Of a DNA stretch of 64,000 nucleotides, positions 26,285 to 37,994 are shown in pieces. The position numbers and the translations under genes were made by a program. The stretch comes from Octopus vulgaris (lineage: Eukaryota): assembly GCA_951406725.2 (NCBI GenBank), contig OX597824.1:38254001-38318000 (forward strand), given 5' to 3'. Below the pieces are notes generated by a model. It did not search any database and had not been told where the DNA came from. It saw only the letters and a program-made list of their open reading frames with translations. Each line of letters begins with the position of its first letter. Positions within the stretch are counted from its first letter, which is position 1.

Positions 26285-26680
26285 GAAAAAACAAGTCAAA
26301 AATAGAAAATGCTAAAATAATTTTATAGTGAACATTTCAGTACCGGTTTCGGTCATTTTGAGACCTTTTCAACTGTAACGATTAAATAATTAAATTTAGA
26401 AAAATTAGAAGAAAAGTTTTTTTAAAGGAATATTTCTATAGTAGTGTTCAGATGTAAGTGGCATTCTGCCTTTCTCTGACTCCCTTGTTTGCACTTATAT
26501 ATATATATATATATACGACGAGCTTCTTTCAGTTTCCGCCTACCAAATCCACTCACAAGGCTTTGATCGGCCCGAGGCTATAGTAGAAGACACTAGACCA
26601 AGGTGCCACGCAGTGGGACTGAACCCGGAACCATGTGGTTTGTAAGCGAGCTACTTACCACACAGCCACTCCTACGCCTA
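25985..26680 (-). mobile_element. young CORE-type SINE with a nested hammerhead element in its internal microsatellite
   Basis: Tail 25985-26170, head 26515-26680. Confidence 0.85.
26334..26379 (-). ncRNA. minimal type I hammerhead with U3-A8 core
   Basis: GTTACAG-TTGAAAA-GGTC tcaaaat GACC-GAAA-CCGG-TA-CTGAAAT. Confidence 0.75.
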
Positions 26681-26794
26681 GAAACTAAGCCGGATGGATG
26701 TCAAATATTGAAAATATGGTACGATGATGCGGTTAAAGAGAACGTGCTATTTTAGTGGACGGTCTACTGCAATAGCTGTGAAATGCCCTGGGCT

Positions 26795-26920
26795 GGTTTA
26801 GGATTAGGGTTAGGATTAAGGTTAGGATTAGGGTTTAAGATTATGGTTAGAATTTAGGGTTACGTTTAAGGGTTAGTGCTAGGGTTAGGTTTAGGATTAG
26901 GGTTAGGGTTTAGGGTTAGA
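26795..26920 (+). repeat. degenerate (TTAGGG)n-like tract
   Basis: About 20 TTAGGG/TTAGGA/TTAAGG units. Confidence 0.85.
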
Positions 26921-27354
26921 CTGCACGATAAACTGTAAAAGGCTGGGTAGACAGCACACTAAAGTGGCACAGAAAAGAATTTTAAGCAGTTCGGAATCAA
27001 ATTCCTAAATTAAAGTTTATGCTGTAGTAACGGAAAAATAGTGTATTGACATATTCCAGGTCTGTGTCAACATACTATCTTAAAAATTGCGTGTTGACAC
27101 TACATACATATATACATACATACATACATACATACATACATACATACATACATACATACATACATACGTACATACACATACACGCGCGCACACACACATG
27201 CTTGTGTGTATGTGTATATATGTGTATATATATATATATATATATAATATATTGATAGAAATGGTAAGACAACAAAAGAATGAAAGAGACCTCGATATTA
27301 TGTAGATAGAGGAATTTTTCTGTAAATGTAATGTGACAATTATTCGGTACCCAT

Positions 27355-27415
27355 GATAAAACTCCGAGTTTCGGATGTCGGGGTGGAAATCCACGCCGAC
27401 ATCTCTTCAGTTATC
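27355..27415 (-). ncRNA. type I hammerhead motif within the inverted-repeat element 27320-27510
   Basis: GATAA-CTGAAGA-GATGTCGGcGTGG attt CCACcCCGACATC-c-GAAA-CTCGGAG-TT-TTATC. Confidence 0.75.
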
Positions 27416-28087
27416 GGGCCATCGGAAAAAAATGCTAGCCCGACATCCACCCCGACTTCCGAAACTCGGAGTTTTATCATGGCTACCGAATAATTGTCAC
27501 ATATTACATTTTATATATATATATATTTATGATTTTTACAAACGATATGTATGTATATATATATATATATATATATATTCAAACTGGTCTTTCCGGCTCG
27601 ACCGCTGCCATGTTAACACTGTTGTTTTCGTTTGCCGCAAAGGCATTTTTCAAATACGCCAGCCAAGATAAGTTAAAAATTGTCTGAAGTCGTAAGACAT
27701 CCGCTGTTTTTGTCCTGTTTACTATTCTTGTTTTTTATTTCTATTTTTTGTTTCTTGTATTTATATTCGTGTGGCATCCTGTCCTTGTTTCGTATACATT
27801 CGATCCTCTTTCTAAGAAATCTAATGCCCGTGGCTTAGTTTTTCTTTGGGGCTGGCCGGATCGGAGCGATATCAAGATTAAACAGCCGAAATTGCTAAGA
27901 TGATCCGGTTCCCGACTGAAGATTAGAGGCTTCGAGTAACCAGTCTGTTTTTTGTGTCGTCTCTTTGTGTGTTTTTGCGTCCTTGTCCCACTTAGTAATT
28001 TATAATTTATATTTAATTTCTCTCTATATATATATATATACATACATATCGTTTGTAAAAATCATAAATCCGAAAGAAGCATACTCT

Positions 28088-28141
<54 letters not shown>

Positions 28142-28465
28142 ACAGAGGAAAGGAGAGAGGAGTTAAAGAGACAGATTGGTACACAGATTTATGCAGACAG
28201 CTGAAGTCTTAGGCTAATTGAATGAAACTGTTTATCAGAAAATAGAAAGGACTTTGAGAAAAACAAAACATAATAAGCGAAAGAGAGAGCGAGAGGGAGA
28301 GAGAGAAGGAGTGAGAAAGAGAAAGAGAAAGAGAAAGAGAGAGTATAGGAGGTAAATAACAGAATCGGAGCTTGGTAAGTTGCCTAGAAACGGCAACATC
28401 AACAACAACAATTTTGCACAAAGCTATAAAACATCTTCACACAAACTCATGTTTACCTGGGTCTT

Positions 28466-28467
28466 TA

Positions 28468-28546
<79 letters not shown>

Positions 28547-28635
28547 CACCACCACCACCACCACTACTACTACCACCACCACCACCACTACTACTCGTAT
28601 ATGTAGTAGTAGTAGTAGTAGTAGTAATTGTAGTA
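28466..28635. repeat. (CTA)n/(CCA)n/(GTA)n trinucleotide repeats
   Basis: Direct reading of the sequence. Confidence 0.95.
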
Positions 28636-29204
28636 GTTCGATGTGGAAGAGCAACCTAAGTGATATGCACCGAGCACATTAATGCTTACGAAGAATACCA
28701 ACAGCGGAAGGGTGGGGGTAGTGGTGGTGGTGATGATGAATGATGGAACCACGGGTGGCTCAGAGTAGCAGGAGCAGGAAGAGACGATGAGCGGGGAAGG
28801 AGAGAGAGAGAGAGTGTGTGTGTGTGTGAGAAAGAGAGAGAGAGAGAGATAGTATGTGTGCAGGTGTTATATTGGTCGGGCAGGTTAGTTAGTGCAAGCG
28901 AATATGAAAAAGTAAAAAAAAAGAAAAAAGGACTGCACATACATTACCGCTATATCATACATGTGTTTCTAAATGTACGAGTACACACACACACATACAT
29001 AGATATTTATATTTACACATACATACATATACATACATATACATATATACACACACACATATACATGTCTATACACACACATATATATATAAATAAATAT
29101 ATATACACACACACACACATCTATACACACACATATATAAAGGCAACAGAGCGGTAAGGTGATACCTATATATATTCTTATGTATATATAAAGGTATATA
29201 TAAG

Positions 29205-29362
29205 TATTATATAGGTCGAGGTCAACTTTGCCTTTCATCCTTTCGGGGTCGATAAATTAAGTACCAGTTACACACTGGGGTCGATATAATCGACTTAATC
29301 CGTTTGTCTGTCCTTGTTTGTCCCCTCTGTGTTTAGCCCCTTGTGGGTAATAAAGAAACAGG
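29205..29362 (+). mobile_element. Nin/Deu-domain-like SINE, 5'-truncated
   Basis: GCCTTTCATCCTTTCGGGGTCGATAAATTAAGTACC central domain. Confidence 0.75.
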
Positions 29363-29402
29363 TATATATATATGTATATACAAAGGTATATATAGGTATT
29401 AT

Positions 29403-29455
<53 letters not shown>

Positions 29456-29469
29456 ATTATTTTACTCTT

Positions 29470-29820
29470 TTACTTGTTTCAGTCATTTAACTGCGGCCAT
29501 GCTGGAGCACCGCCTTTAGTCGAGCAAATCGACCCCGGGACTTATTCTTTGTAAGCCCAGTACTTATTCTATCGGTTGTCAAGCAATGCTTGGGGGACAA
29601 ACACAGACACAAAAACATATACACACACACTTATATATATATATATACATATATACGACAGGCTTCTTTCAGTTTCCGTCAACCAAATCCACTCACAAGG
29701 CATTGGTCGGCCCGGGGCTATAGCAGAAGACACTTGCCCAAGATGCCACGCAGTGGGACTGAACCCGGAACCATGTGGTTGGTTAGCAAGCTACTTACCA
29801 CACAGCCACTCCTGCACCTG
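29470..29820 (-). mobile_element. CORE-type SINE with internal deletion
   Basis: Homologous to 25985-26680. Confidence 0.8.
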
Positions 29821-29918
29821 TATATGTGTATATATATATACATATATAAAGGTATATATGTATATATATATATATATACATATATAAAGGTATATATATA
29901 TATATATATATATAAAGT

Positions 29919-29949
<31 letters not shown>

Positions 29950-30654
29950 TTTACCTCTATGTTGCTTTTTCTGTCTACTCTCTTCACTTTACCATTTTAC
30001 ATCGTTCTCCTCTCTTGTTCTACGCACCTCTCTTTTATTTCCTTTCTTTCTCTCTGCAATCCTGTCTATCTCTGTCTGCATATCTTTCTTTCTTTCTATC
30101 TGCTCCCTTTCTTCACATTCTTTCCATTTCTTCCACTTTTTGCTCTATCTTTCTGTCAATTCCACCAGTATCCCACCTTTCTTTCCATCTTTCTATCTCT
30201 CTACTTTCCATTCCAAGCCATGTAGGACATTTTCCCGTTAGCGTTAGTTCTTCACATGTCATCTCTGATGTTGTCTTATTGCCGAATGGCACTTTCTATG
30301 TTCGTTTTTTGTATGTGTTTTGCAAGACTCTTGATGTGAAAGCTTGTGTTGAAATAAATATTTTTATATTTTGTGATGGTCATTTTCTTTCTTTTGTTTT
30401 TGCCAATAAACACACGCGTTACTAGATTTATTATCAGATTTCTTCCGTTACACATTCTGTGATCTCTTCTGTGACTTTATGCTCCTAGTGTCTCTACTCA
30501 TCTCTAGTCTTGTCCTGTCTCCATTTTGCCTTTCTGTGGCATGTAACCCTATCTGCACATGCGTTTACGCCTGTACCTGTACAATAAAAGAAGACAGAAT
30601 AAGAACAAGACAAAAGGGAAAACATTAGAGGTTTATATATATATATATATATAG

Positions 30655-30960
30655 CACCATGATCACCTTGACCGACCAGTCCGTCAGGCTTCCATTTGAC
30701 GCCGCTGGTCACAGCACGCTGTCCACTCCTCTCTGGATCGCGCCTTTCTCATCCACGTGATCCCAATCGTCCTCCTCAAATCGTAACTCCACCTTCCGGG
30801 TGGTCGTTTCCGCTCGCGCGGGTACCACTCGAAAACTGCGCGGGTCCACCGATTATGGGTGAGCCGGGCGACGTGTCCAGCCCAACTAAATTTGCTGCGT
30901 GTATACTCTGCGATGACATCCCTCACGCCGGACTTTTTTCTGATGATCAGCACGAAGAAC
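30655..30960 (-). mobile_element. RTE-clade LINE 3' end
   Basis: ORF 30684-30953 KFSWAGHVARLTHNRWTRAVFEWYPRERKRPPGRW...REEW. Confidence 0.85.
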
Positions 30961-30966
30961 GAGTTC

Positions 30967-31006
<40 letters not shown>

Positions 31007-31073
31007 AATTTTTTGCGTAATAAGATTAAAAAAACCAAGGCTGCGTAGATATTAGAGCATTTATAGATAGAAG

Positions 31074-31125
31074 GTTTTACAGCTGTTTCTAGGATATTTA
31101 TTAATTATATCCCTTCATCGGAGAC
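31074..31125 (-). ncRNA. minimal hammerhead motif (C4 variant) in a (TA)n-flanked repeat at about 31005-31240
   Basis: GTCT-CCGATGA-A-GGGATAT/ATATCCT-A-GAAA-CAGCTG-TA-AAAC; the 2186 copy has AGAC, which restores helix I. Confidence 0.7.
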
Positions 31126-31242
31126 GGTGTGAGAGGATGGTTAAGTCATAGTTAGTTTAGATATGATACAAAATGGAGAGTGAGGTGGAGGAAAGAAAAT
31201 AGATGCAAGATATGTATGGATATTGAAGTTGTAAATATATAT

Positions 31243-32525
31243 AGACTGGGTACATGGGAATTAACACGTACTTTTAAAACAAAACAATTTTATTTAATTT
31301 TAATGTTAATAAATAATATTTTCAAAATGATTTCCATCATTTTCAGTGCATAATTTGATGCGCCTTGCAAAATTCAGGTGAACTCGATTAAATAAGTCTA
31401 CATTGCCTTCAATTTCAGCACACTGACTGGTAAAGTGTTCTCTCATGTAGTTTAAATCTGTAATCTTTATTGAGTAAACCTTCTCTTTCAACATACCTCA
31501 CAAAAAGAAGTCAAGGGGAGAAAGGTCTGGTGAACGAGGGGGGCCATTCCACATGACCCCTTCTTCCAATCCAGTGAGGAAAAGTGTCATTAAGCCAATC
31601 TCCAACAGTTGTGACAAAATGGGCATGGGCCCCATTCTGCTGAACCCAATTCGGAAGTCCCTCACCTAGGCGCTCAATTTGAGGTATTAATTTGTCTCTC
31701 AACCTGTTTAAATATGTCTCACCCGTTACATGTTCATCAAAGCAGAAGGGTCTTAGCATATGAGCTTTCCACAAACCACACCAAATATCACCTTTTTGCT
31801 GCCTTGCTGTTTGGATGGATCCATCCAAAGTGGATTACCTCGAGACCAGTATCGAAGGTTCTGTCTGTTGACCTCACCATTTACATAAAACGTAGCTTCA
31901 TCACTAAACAACACAAAGTTTTTTGTAAAATTGATATTTTCATCTAATTTATCTGAAAACCATTGGCACATCTGCATTCGTCTATCAGGGCCGTCTTCAT
32001 TTAAGTGATACAATATCTGTAGCTTGTATCGATGAAACTTTTCCTCAACCAGGATTTTGTGGATGGTTGATTTTGGAACACCTAACACCGTGGATGTCCG
32101 ACGAAGTGATTTCTTTGGGCTTAGCCATGACAGCCTCTTTCATTTCACCTGAAGTCTTTGGTCACCCGGAAGAGAGTTTATCCAAAACACAGCCTGTTTC
32201 TTTAAAGTTCTTGATCAATTTCCCGACGGCAGTAAAATAAATAGGTTGCCTATAAGGGTGTCGAAGATTAAATTCTTCCGCAATTTTGCGATAAGACCAT
32301 CCCTCTCGCCCACTTAAGAGTACTAATTTGATTCTTTCTAATATAGACAGAGCCATCATTCAACCTGGGTAGAAAAAATAACATAAATAAATTTAGAAAA
32401 GTAAAGTATTTTTTAAATTTAATTTAAACAAAAGTAAAAAAAGGAAAATTATTATTTCTTATATTTAATTGTTTATGTTATGATTTTATTTACTCCATGT
32501 ACCCACAGACTTTGAGGACACCCTG
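31243..32525 (-). mobile_element. DD41D/rosa-like transposon (DD40D spacing as reconstructed), frameshifted
   Basis: FSDEATF, QQNGAHAH, WIGRRG..WPP.SPDL.PLDF; terminus TA|CAGGGTGTCCTCAAAGTCTGTGGGTACATGG with a partial inverted copy at 31243-31257. Confidence 0.85.
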
Positions 32526-32539
32526 TATATATATATTGC

Positions 32540-32922
32540 GGTTATCTTTCATTCGAACAACATGTCATAGCCGTCTACACTGAATTCTCAGTAGCATGCT
32601 TTTAATATTGGAGATGTCATATTTTTCTAAGATTTTGACATTTGGTATCTTATCTTGCCATTTTCTGTTGCAGATATTTCGCAGACAGCATTTACGAAAG
32701 GTTTCAAGTTTCTTTATATGTTTGTAGTAGGGTGTCTATCCTTTTGCTCCAAAAGTGTGCTCAAAATACAAGATTTGTATACACTTATTTTAGTTTTCTG
32801 ACTGACACCATGCTCATCCCACGTACAATGGGAAAATTTCCCAAAAGCATTTGGAGCTAAAACATTCTAACATTGATGTCGTCAATAAAATTACACTTAA
32901 AGTTTACTGTGCTTCCAAGATA
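32540..32922 (-). mobile_element. RTE-clade LINE fragment
   Basis: Alignable with 53240-53610 (TTTTTCTAAGATTTTGACATTTG...TTCCAAGATATTT). Confidence 0.7.
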
Positions 32923-32923
32923 T

Positions 32924-33842
32924 TTTTTTTAAAAGTTCGTTATTTCTATATTGAATCAATTTCGGAATTAATCTCATAGATTTTTTCCTCTTCAGTAGAG
33001 AATACGATAAGAAATAAATGAAATACTTGCGCCCATGGAAAAAGCCGAAGTAAAAGTCATGAGTACACATAAGTACCCCAGATATATCTAAATAAAAAAA
33101 TCCTGTTGACTAACTTTCCTCGATTTCAGCACAACGTACTTCTGTAGTGGGTATATAATAACATGTGGAAATTGATGATTTAAAAGTCTGTTATCAGCAT
33201 ATTGGCATGGAAAAAAATTTTCTTTTGGCCTTGTTTATAAGTTGTTTATAATTTTAACCTTTAAAGGTATTTTAATATGCTGCCACTTTTTCTTGATGAA
33301 TTTTTTCTGTAAAAAAATCTTCATCCTATATTAGTCATAGATTTATTACTATTCCCTATAGGGACTGGTGACCACTATAAGCTGTGGTAGAGAACAGTTC
33401 ACACGTGTGCTGCGGCTAGCCAAAGGATTTTATATTTAGATATATCTGGGGTACTTATGTGTACTCATGACTTTTGCTTCGGCTTTTTTTCCACGGGTGC
33501 ATGTAAGTATTTCATTTATATCTATTCGTATTTTCTATTGAAGAGGAAAAGATGTATGAGATTAATTCCGAAATTGATTCAATATAGAAATAACGAACTT
33601 TTAAAAAAAAAATTCTGTTGGCTAGCTTTCCTCGATTTCAGCACAACGTACTTCTGTAGTGGGTATATAATAACATGTGGAAATTGACGATTTAAAAGTC
33701 TGTTATCAACATATTGGCATGGAAATAATTTTCTTTTGCCCTTGTTTATAAGTTGTTTATAATTTTAACCTTTAAATGTATTTTAATATGCTGCCACTTT
33801 TTGATGAATTTTTTCAGTAAAAAATCTTTATCCTATATTAGT
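32924..33842. repeat. A-B-C-inverted A-B rearrangement
   Basis: 32924-33102 is inverted at 33425-33612; 33103-33335 is directly repeated at 33615-33842. Confidence 0.9.
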
Positions 33843-33889
33843 AGTATATATATATATATATGTGTGTGTGTGTGCGTGTGTATAATGTA

Positions 33890-35100
33890 TATAAATTAGA
33901 GAAAAAACACTATTATGTAATTCAAACAATGATAGATATAAACCATATCATATAGAAAAAATAAAATATATTATAAAACATATATCTAGATCACAAAAAG
34001 CACATAATGAAGAATAAACATTATATAATAAGAAAAAGACTACGTACGTCTCGTGGTTATAACTTCACGAATTACAATCAAATTTAAATTTAATCCCAAA
34101 ACAATTCAATTTAAAAGTATAGCCACTCCTCAGGTCAACAATAATAACAATAATAAATAAATACATATTTTTCATAAATAATCAAATAGAATTAAACAAT
34201 ATTTCTTAAAGAAATAAAAACAAGATTATTCTTATAGAAGAAACTCCGTAAACTAAATTTGAAACTTAAAAAGTAGGACCAGGTGTCTATAATACATTTA
34301 TCATGTTAAAAACCTAAGGTATAAAAAATAGAGTAAATAGATAGAAATATGTATTTTATCTGTGAAGATATATTTTTGCTTTGAGAATAATTTTAACAAA
34401 CTATAGTATATTTTTACTGGAAAAATATGAGTCCAATTAATTAAAATAAAAATACTTAAAATAAATCTTATACTTAAGTTAAGCTAAATTACTATAATTT
34501 AATCTATATTTATTAATTGAATAAATTATATATTAATTTATTAATTAAATGAACATCTAATTTGATCCGATACTATGTACTAAACTCTATACAAAACATG
34601 TGTAGACTTATAATATATCTTATATCAACAACGTTGCAGCCACAACCCTGCAATAGTATTTTGTATATATTTCAGCAATATATTCACAAATAATTTAAAC
34701 ATATTATAAAAGTAAATTAATTTATGTCTAGAACTAATATTTCCCTCATTGATAAAATACACAAAGTACTTATTATTATTATTAAATTCAATAGTATATA
34801 AAGAAAAAAAACTTTTCACTTCCTATACTATAATATTTTACGTTATAAACTAATTCACAAAACAACTACAAATAATACTTTTAGATTTTAGTTCATATAT
34901 AATAATTATAATAACAAGAATAATTAAATAAAAATACATATCTTAAATTATAATTAACAAATAAAAAAATTAGAAATACATATTTTTAAATCAATTATCA
35001 TATAAATTTCACCATTATTTCTTCAATTCTTATTTTTTCGAAGATATTTATGAATAAAAAATATTTTAAATTAAAAACGTATAACTAAGCGTTTATATGT
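33890..35100 (-). mobile_element. very AT-rich putative Penelope-like 3' remnant
   Basis: Hammerhead motif at 34038-34136; ORF 34625-34819 (SLYTIE...NE.NISSRHK) faintly resembles the PLE C-terminal CxLCxxE...N...CRH pattern. Confidence 0.4.
34038..34136 (-). ncRNA. hammerhead motif with long helix II loop and A14G
   Basis: GAC-CTGAGGA-GTGGCTATA-(long AT-rich loop)-TATAACCAC-GAGA-CGTACG-TA-GTC. Confidence 0.6.
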
Positions 35101-35159
35101 CTAGTTCCAGAGGTAGGTTTTTGGAGTAAATTGTCATTATCTTTCATTTTTTTATCTTA

Positions 35160-35354
35160 TACTTGTTTCAGCCATAAGGTTGCGGCCATGCAGGGGCATT
35201 GCTTTGAAGAATCGACATCAGTACTTCTTTTTTGTTTTTTTTAAAGCCTGATACTTATTCTGTCGATCTGTTTTGCCGAACCGCTAAGTTACGGGGACAT
35301 AAACGCACCAGTACCCATTGTAAAGTGGTGGTGGCGGACAAACACGGACGCACA

Positions 35355-35400
<46 letters not shown>

Positions 35401-36041
35401 CACACGCAGACGTGCGCGCGCACACACACACAAGAGGCACACACAAACGCGCACACACAACACACACATGTGTATATATGACAGGCTTCTTTCAGATTTT
35501 ATTAACTAAATCCGTCTTCAAGGTTTTGGTAGGCTCGTGGCTATAGCAGAAGACATTCGTCCAAGGTGCTATGCAAAGGGACTGACCCCAGAACCATGTA
35601 GTTAGGAAGCAAGCTTCTTACCACACAGCCACGCCTACGCAATTATATTGATAAAATTTAAAAAATGAAATATTTTTATTGCAAATATTCAAATTAGAAA
35701 TTCCTTTTATTTAATTTTAATTTAACTTAATGTTTCTTTCGAAAATTAGTATTCATTATTTTGTATAAGCATCAAGAAATTTGATAAAAGTTAAATAATA
35801 ATTATCGTAATAATTATTATGTAGTAAGAAGTTTGCTTTCCAACCTCATTATTCTGGGTTCAAGTCCCTTTGCATGGAACCATGGGCAGTCTTCTACTGT
35901 CTTCTACGAGTCGATCGAAACTTTGTGAGTGGATTTGGTAGGCGGAAACTAAAAGAAGCCCGTCGTATACATACATATGTATATGTATGTGTGTGTGTGT
36001 GCGTATGCGTGTGTGTATGTGTGTATGTGTGTGTGTGCGCT

Positions 36042-36073
<32 letters not shown>

Positions 36074-36270
36074 CATGTGTGTCCCACCACCGCTTGATAG
36101 CAGGTGCTGGTGAGCTTACCTCTCCGTAACATAGTGGTTCGGCAAATGACTCCGATAAAATAAGTACCAGGCTTAAAAAGAAAACAAGTCCTAGGGTCGA
36201 TTAATTCGACTAAAATTTCTCAAGGTTGTGCCCCAGCTTGGTCGCAGTCTAACGACTGAAACAAGTTTAA
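35160..36270. mobile_element. two CORE-type SINEs head-to-head (35160-35640 minus, 35820-36270 plus)
   Basis: Homology to the other CORE-type copies; internal (CA)n/(TG)n tracts. Confidence 0.8.
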
Positions 36271-36311
36271 GAAAGAAAACGATTATCCTATATTTTCAGA
36301 TATTACATATT

Positions 36312-36780
36312 TCTTTCTTTATTGCCCACAATGGGCTAAACACAGAGGGGGAAAACAAGGACAGACAAACGGATTAAGTCGATTACATCGACCCCAGTGC
36401 GTAACTGGTACTTATTTAATCGACCCCGAAATGATGAAAAGCAAAGTCGACCTCGGCGGAATTTGAACTCAGAACGTAACGGCAGACGAAATACGCTATG
36501 CATTTCGCCCGGCGTGTTAACGTTTTTTCCAGCTCGCCGCCTTAAAATTTTCTTTTTTTTGCCCACAAGGGGCTAAACATAGAGGGGACAAACAAGGACA
36601 GAAAAACGGATTAAGTCGATTACATCGACCCCAGTGCGTAACTGGTACTTATTTAATCGACCCCGAAAGAATGAAAGGCAAAGTCGACATCAGAGGAATT
36701 TGAACTCAGAACGTAACGGCAGACGAAATATCGCTAAGCATTTCGCTCGGCGTGATAACGATTCTGTCAGCTCGCCGCTC
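36312..36780 (-). mobile_element. tandem dimer of Nin-domain-like SINE
   Basis: Two copies flanked by TCA(G/A)ATATTACATATT at 36296 and 36781. Confidence 0.85.
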
Positions 36781-37202
36781 TCAAATATTACATATTGACG
36801 GTAAGCGTACATTTCAAAAGCTACCCGTCATATAACGAGTGACGCTAATTCTAACGTTTTATTTTTAGTTATCTGGTTTTAGTTGGCGACAAATATTTGC
36901 CAGTTTTCTGTTATTTTTAGATGCTTAATTTTGTTTCACTTATGGGTAATGTCAATATATTAAGTTCTATGTTGTTTCTGAATTGTTCTTTCTGCTTTTT
37001 TTAACTTGACTATTTCCGATGTGTAATACGACATGTGCTATTTTTATTTTGGTTTTCGAGATATATCTTTTTGGATGATATATCTTTTTTTAGAACTCGC
37101 AGGTTCAGCATAGAATAAATAGCAAGCTTTAAAAAAATAAGTACTGGGGTAGTGCGGTCAATTTTGCCTTTTATCTTTTCGGAACCGATAAAATAAAGTA
37201 CC

Positions 37203-37619
37203 TATTTCTTTACTACCCACAAGGGGCTAAACACAGAGGGGACAAACAAGGACAGACAAATGGATTAAGTCGATTATATCGACCCCAGTGCGTAACTGGT
37301 TCTTATTTAATCGACCCCGAAAGGATGAAAGGCAAAGTCGACCTCGGCGGAATTTGAACTCAGAACGTAACGGCAGACGAAATACCTATTTCTTTATTAC
37401 CCACAAGGGGCTAAACACAGAGAGGACAAACAAGGACAGATAAAGGGATTAAGTTGATTATATCAACCCCAGTGCGTAACTGGTACTTAATTTATCGACC
37501 CCGAAAGGATGAAAGGCGAAGTCGACCTCGGCGGAATTTGAACTCAGAACATAACGGCAGACGAAATACTGCTACGCATTTCGTCCGGCGTGCTAACGTT
37601 TCTGCCAGCTTGCCGCCTT
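37203..37619 (-). mobile_element. tandem dimer of Nin-domain-like SINE with 17-bp target-site duplication
   Basis: CGATAAAATAAAGTACC at 37186-37202 and 37620-37636. Confidence 0.9.
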
Positions 37620-37994
37620 CGATAAAATAAAGTACCATTCAAGTATTGGCTCGATAGTATCGTCCAACTCCCCTCTTAGAAACTATTAGTCATTAATCAG
37701 AAACCATTAGTTACTAATCAGAAACCATTAGTTACCAATAGTTTTTGAATTGCTGGCTTTGTAATTTGGTGCCATTTCCAATTAGTTTACGAATGTTATT
37801 TGTTATAGCTATGAACTAGAAAGAAGGTTTTGTGAGTATTGCGAGGTCCGTTTCGATTGGAACTGTTTAATTTGATCTGAGTCAGTCTAATCATGGATAC
37901 GCAGTATTTAGTGAAAAGATAATAATAACGCTTTATGTGTGAAAAGAAAATCTTTATACTTTCATACAGGTATATTCGCGGCCTATAATTTTCT

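Noticed and set aside
26795-26920. True telomere or fusion site
   Set aside because: Short, degenerate and interstitial.
27850-27950. Nested stems (CCGGATC/GATCCGG, AGCGAT/ATTGCT) with GAAA and CTGAAGA as a ribozyme
   Set aside because: The order and spacing do not fit hammerhead or twister topology by eye; left as an unclassified structured repeat.
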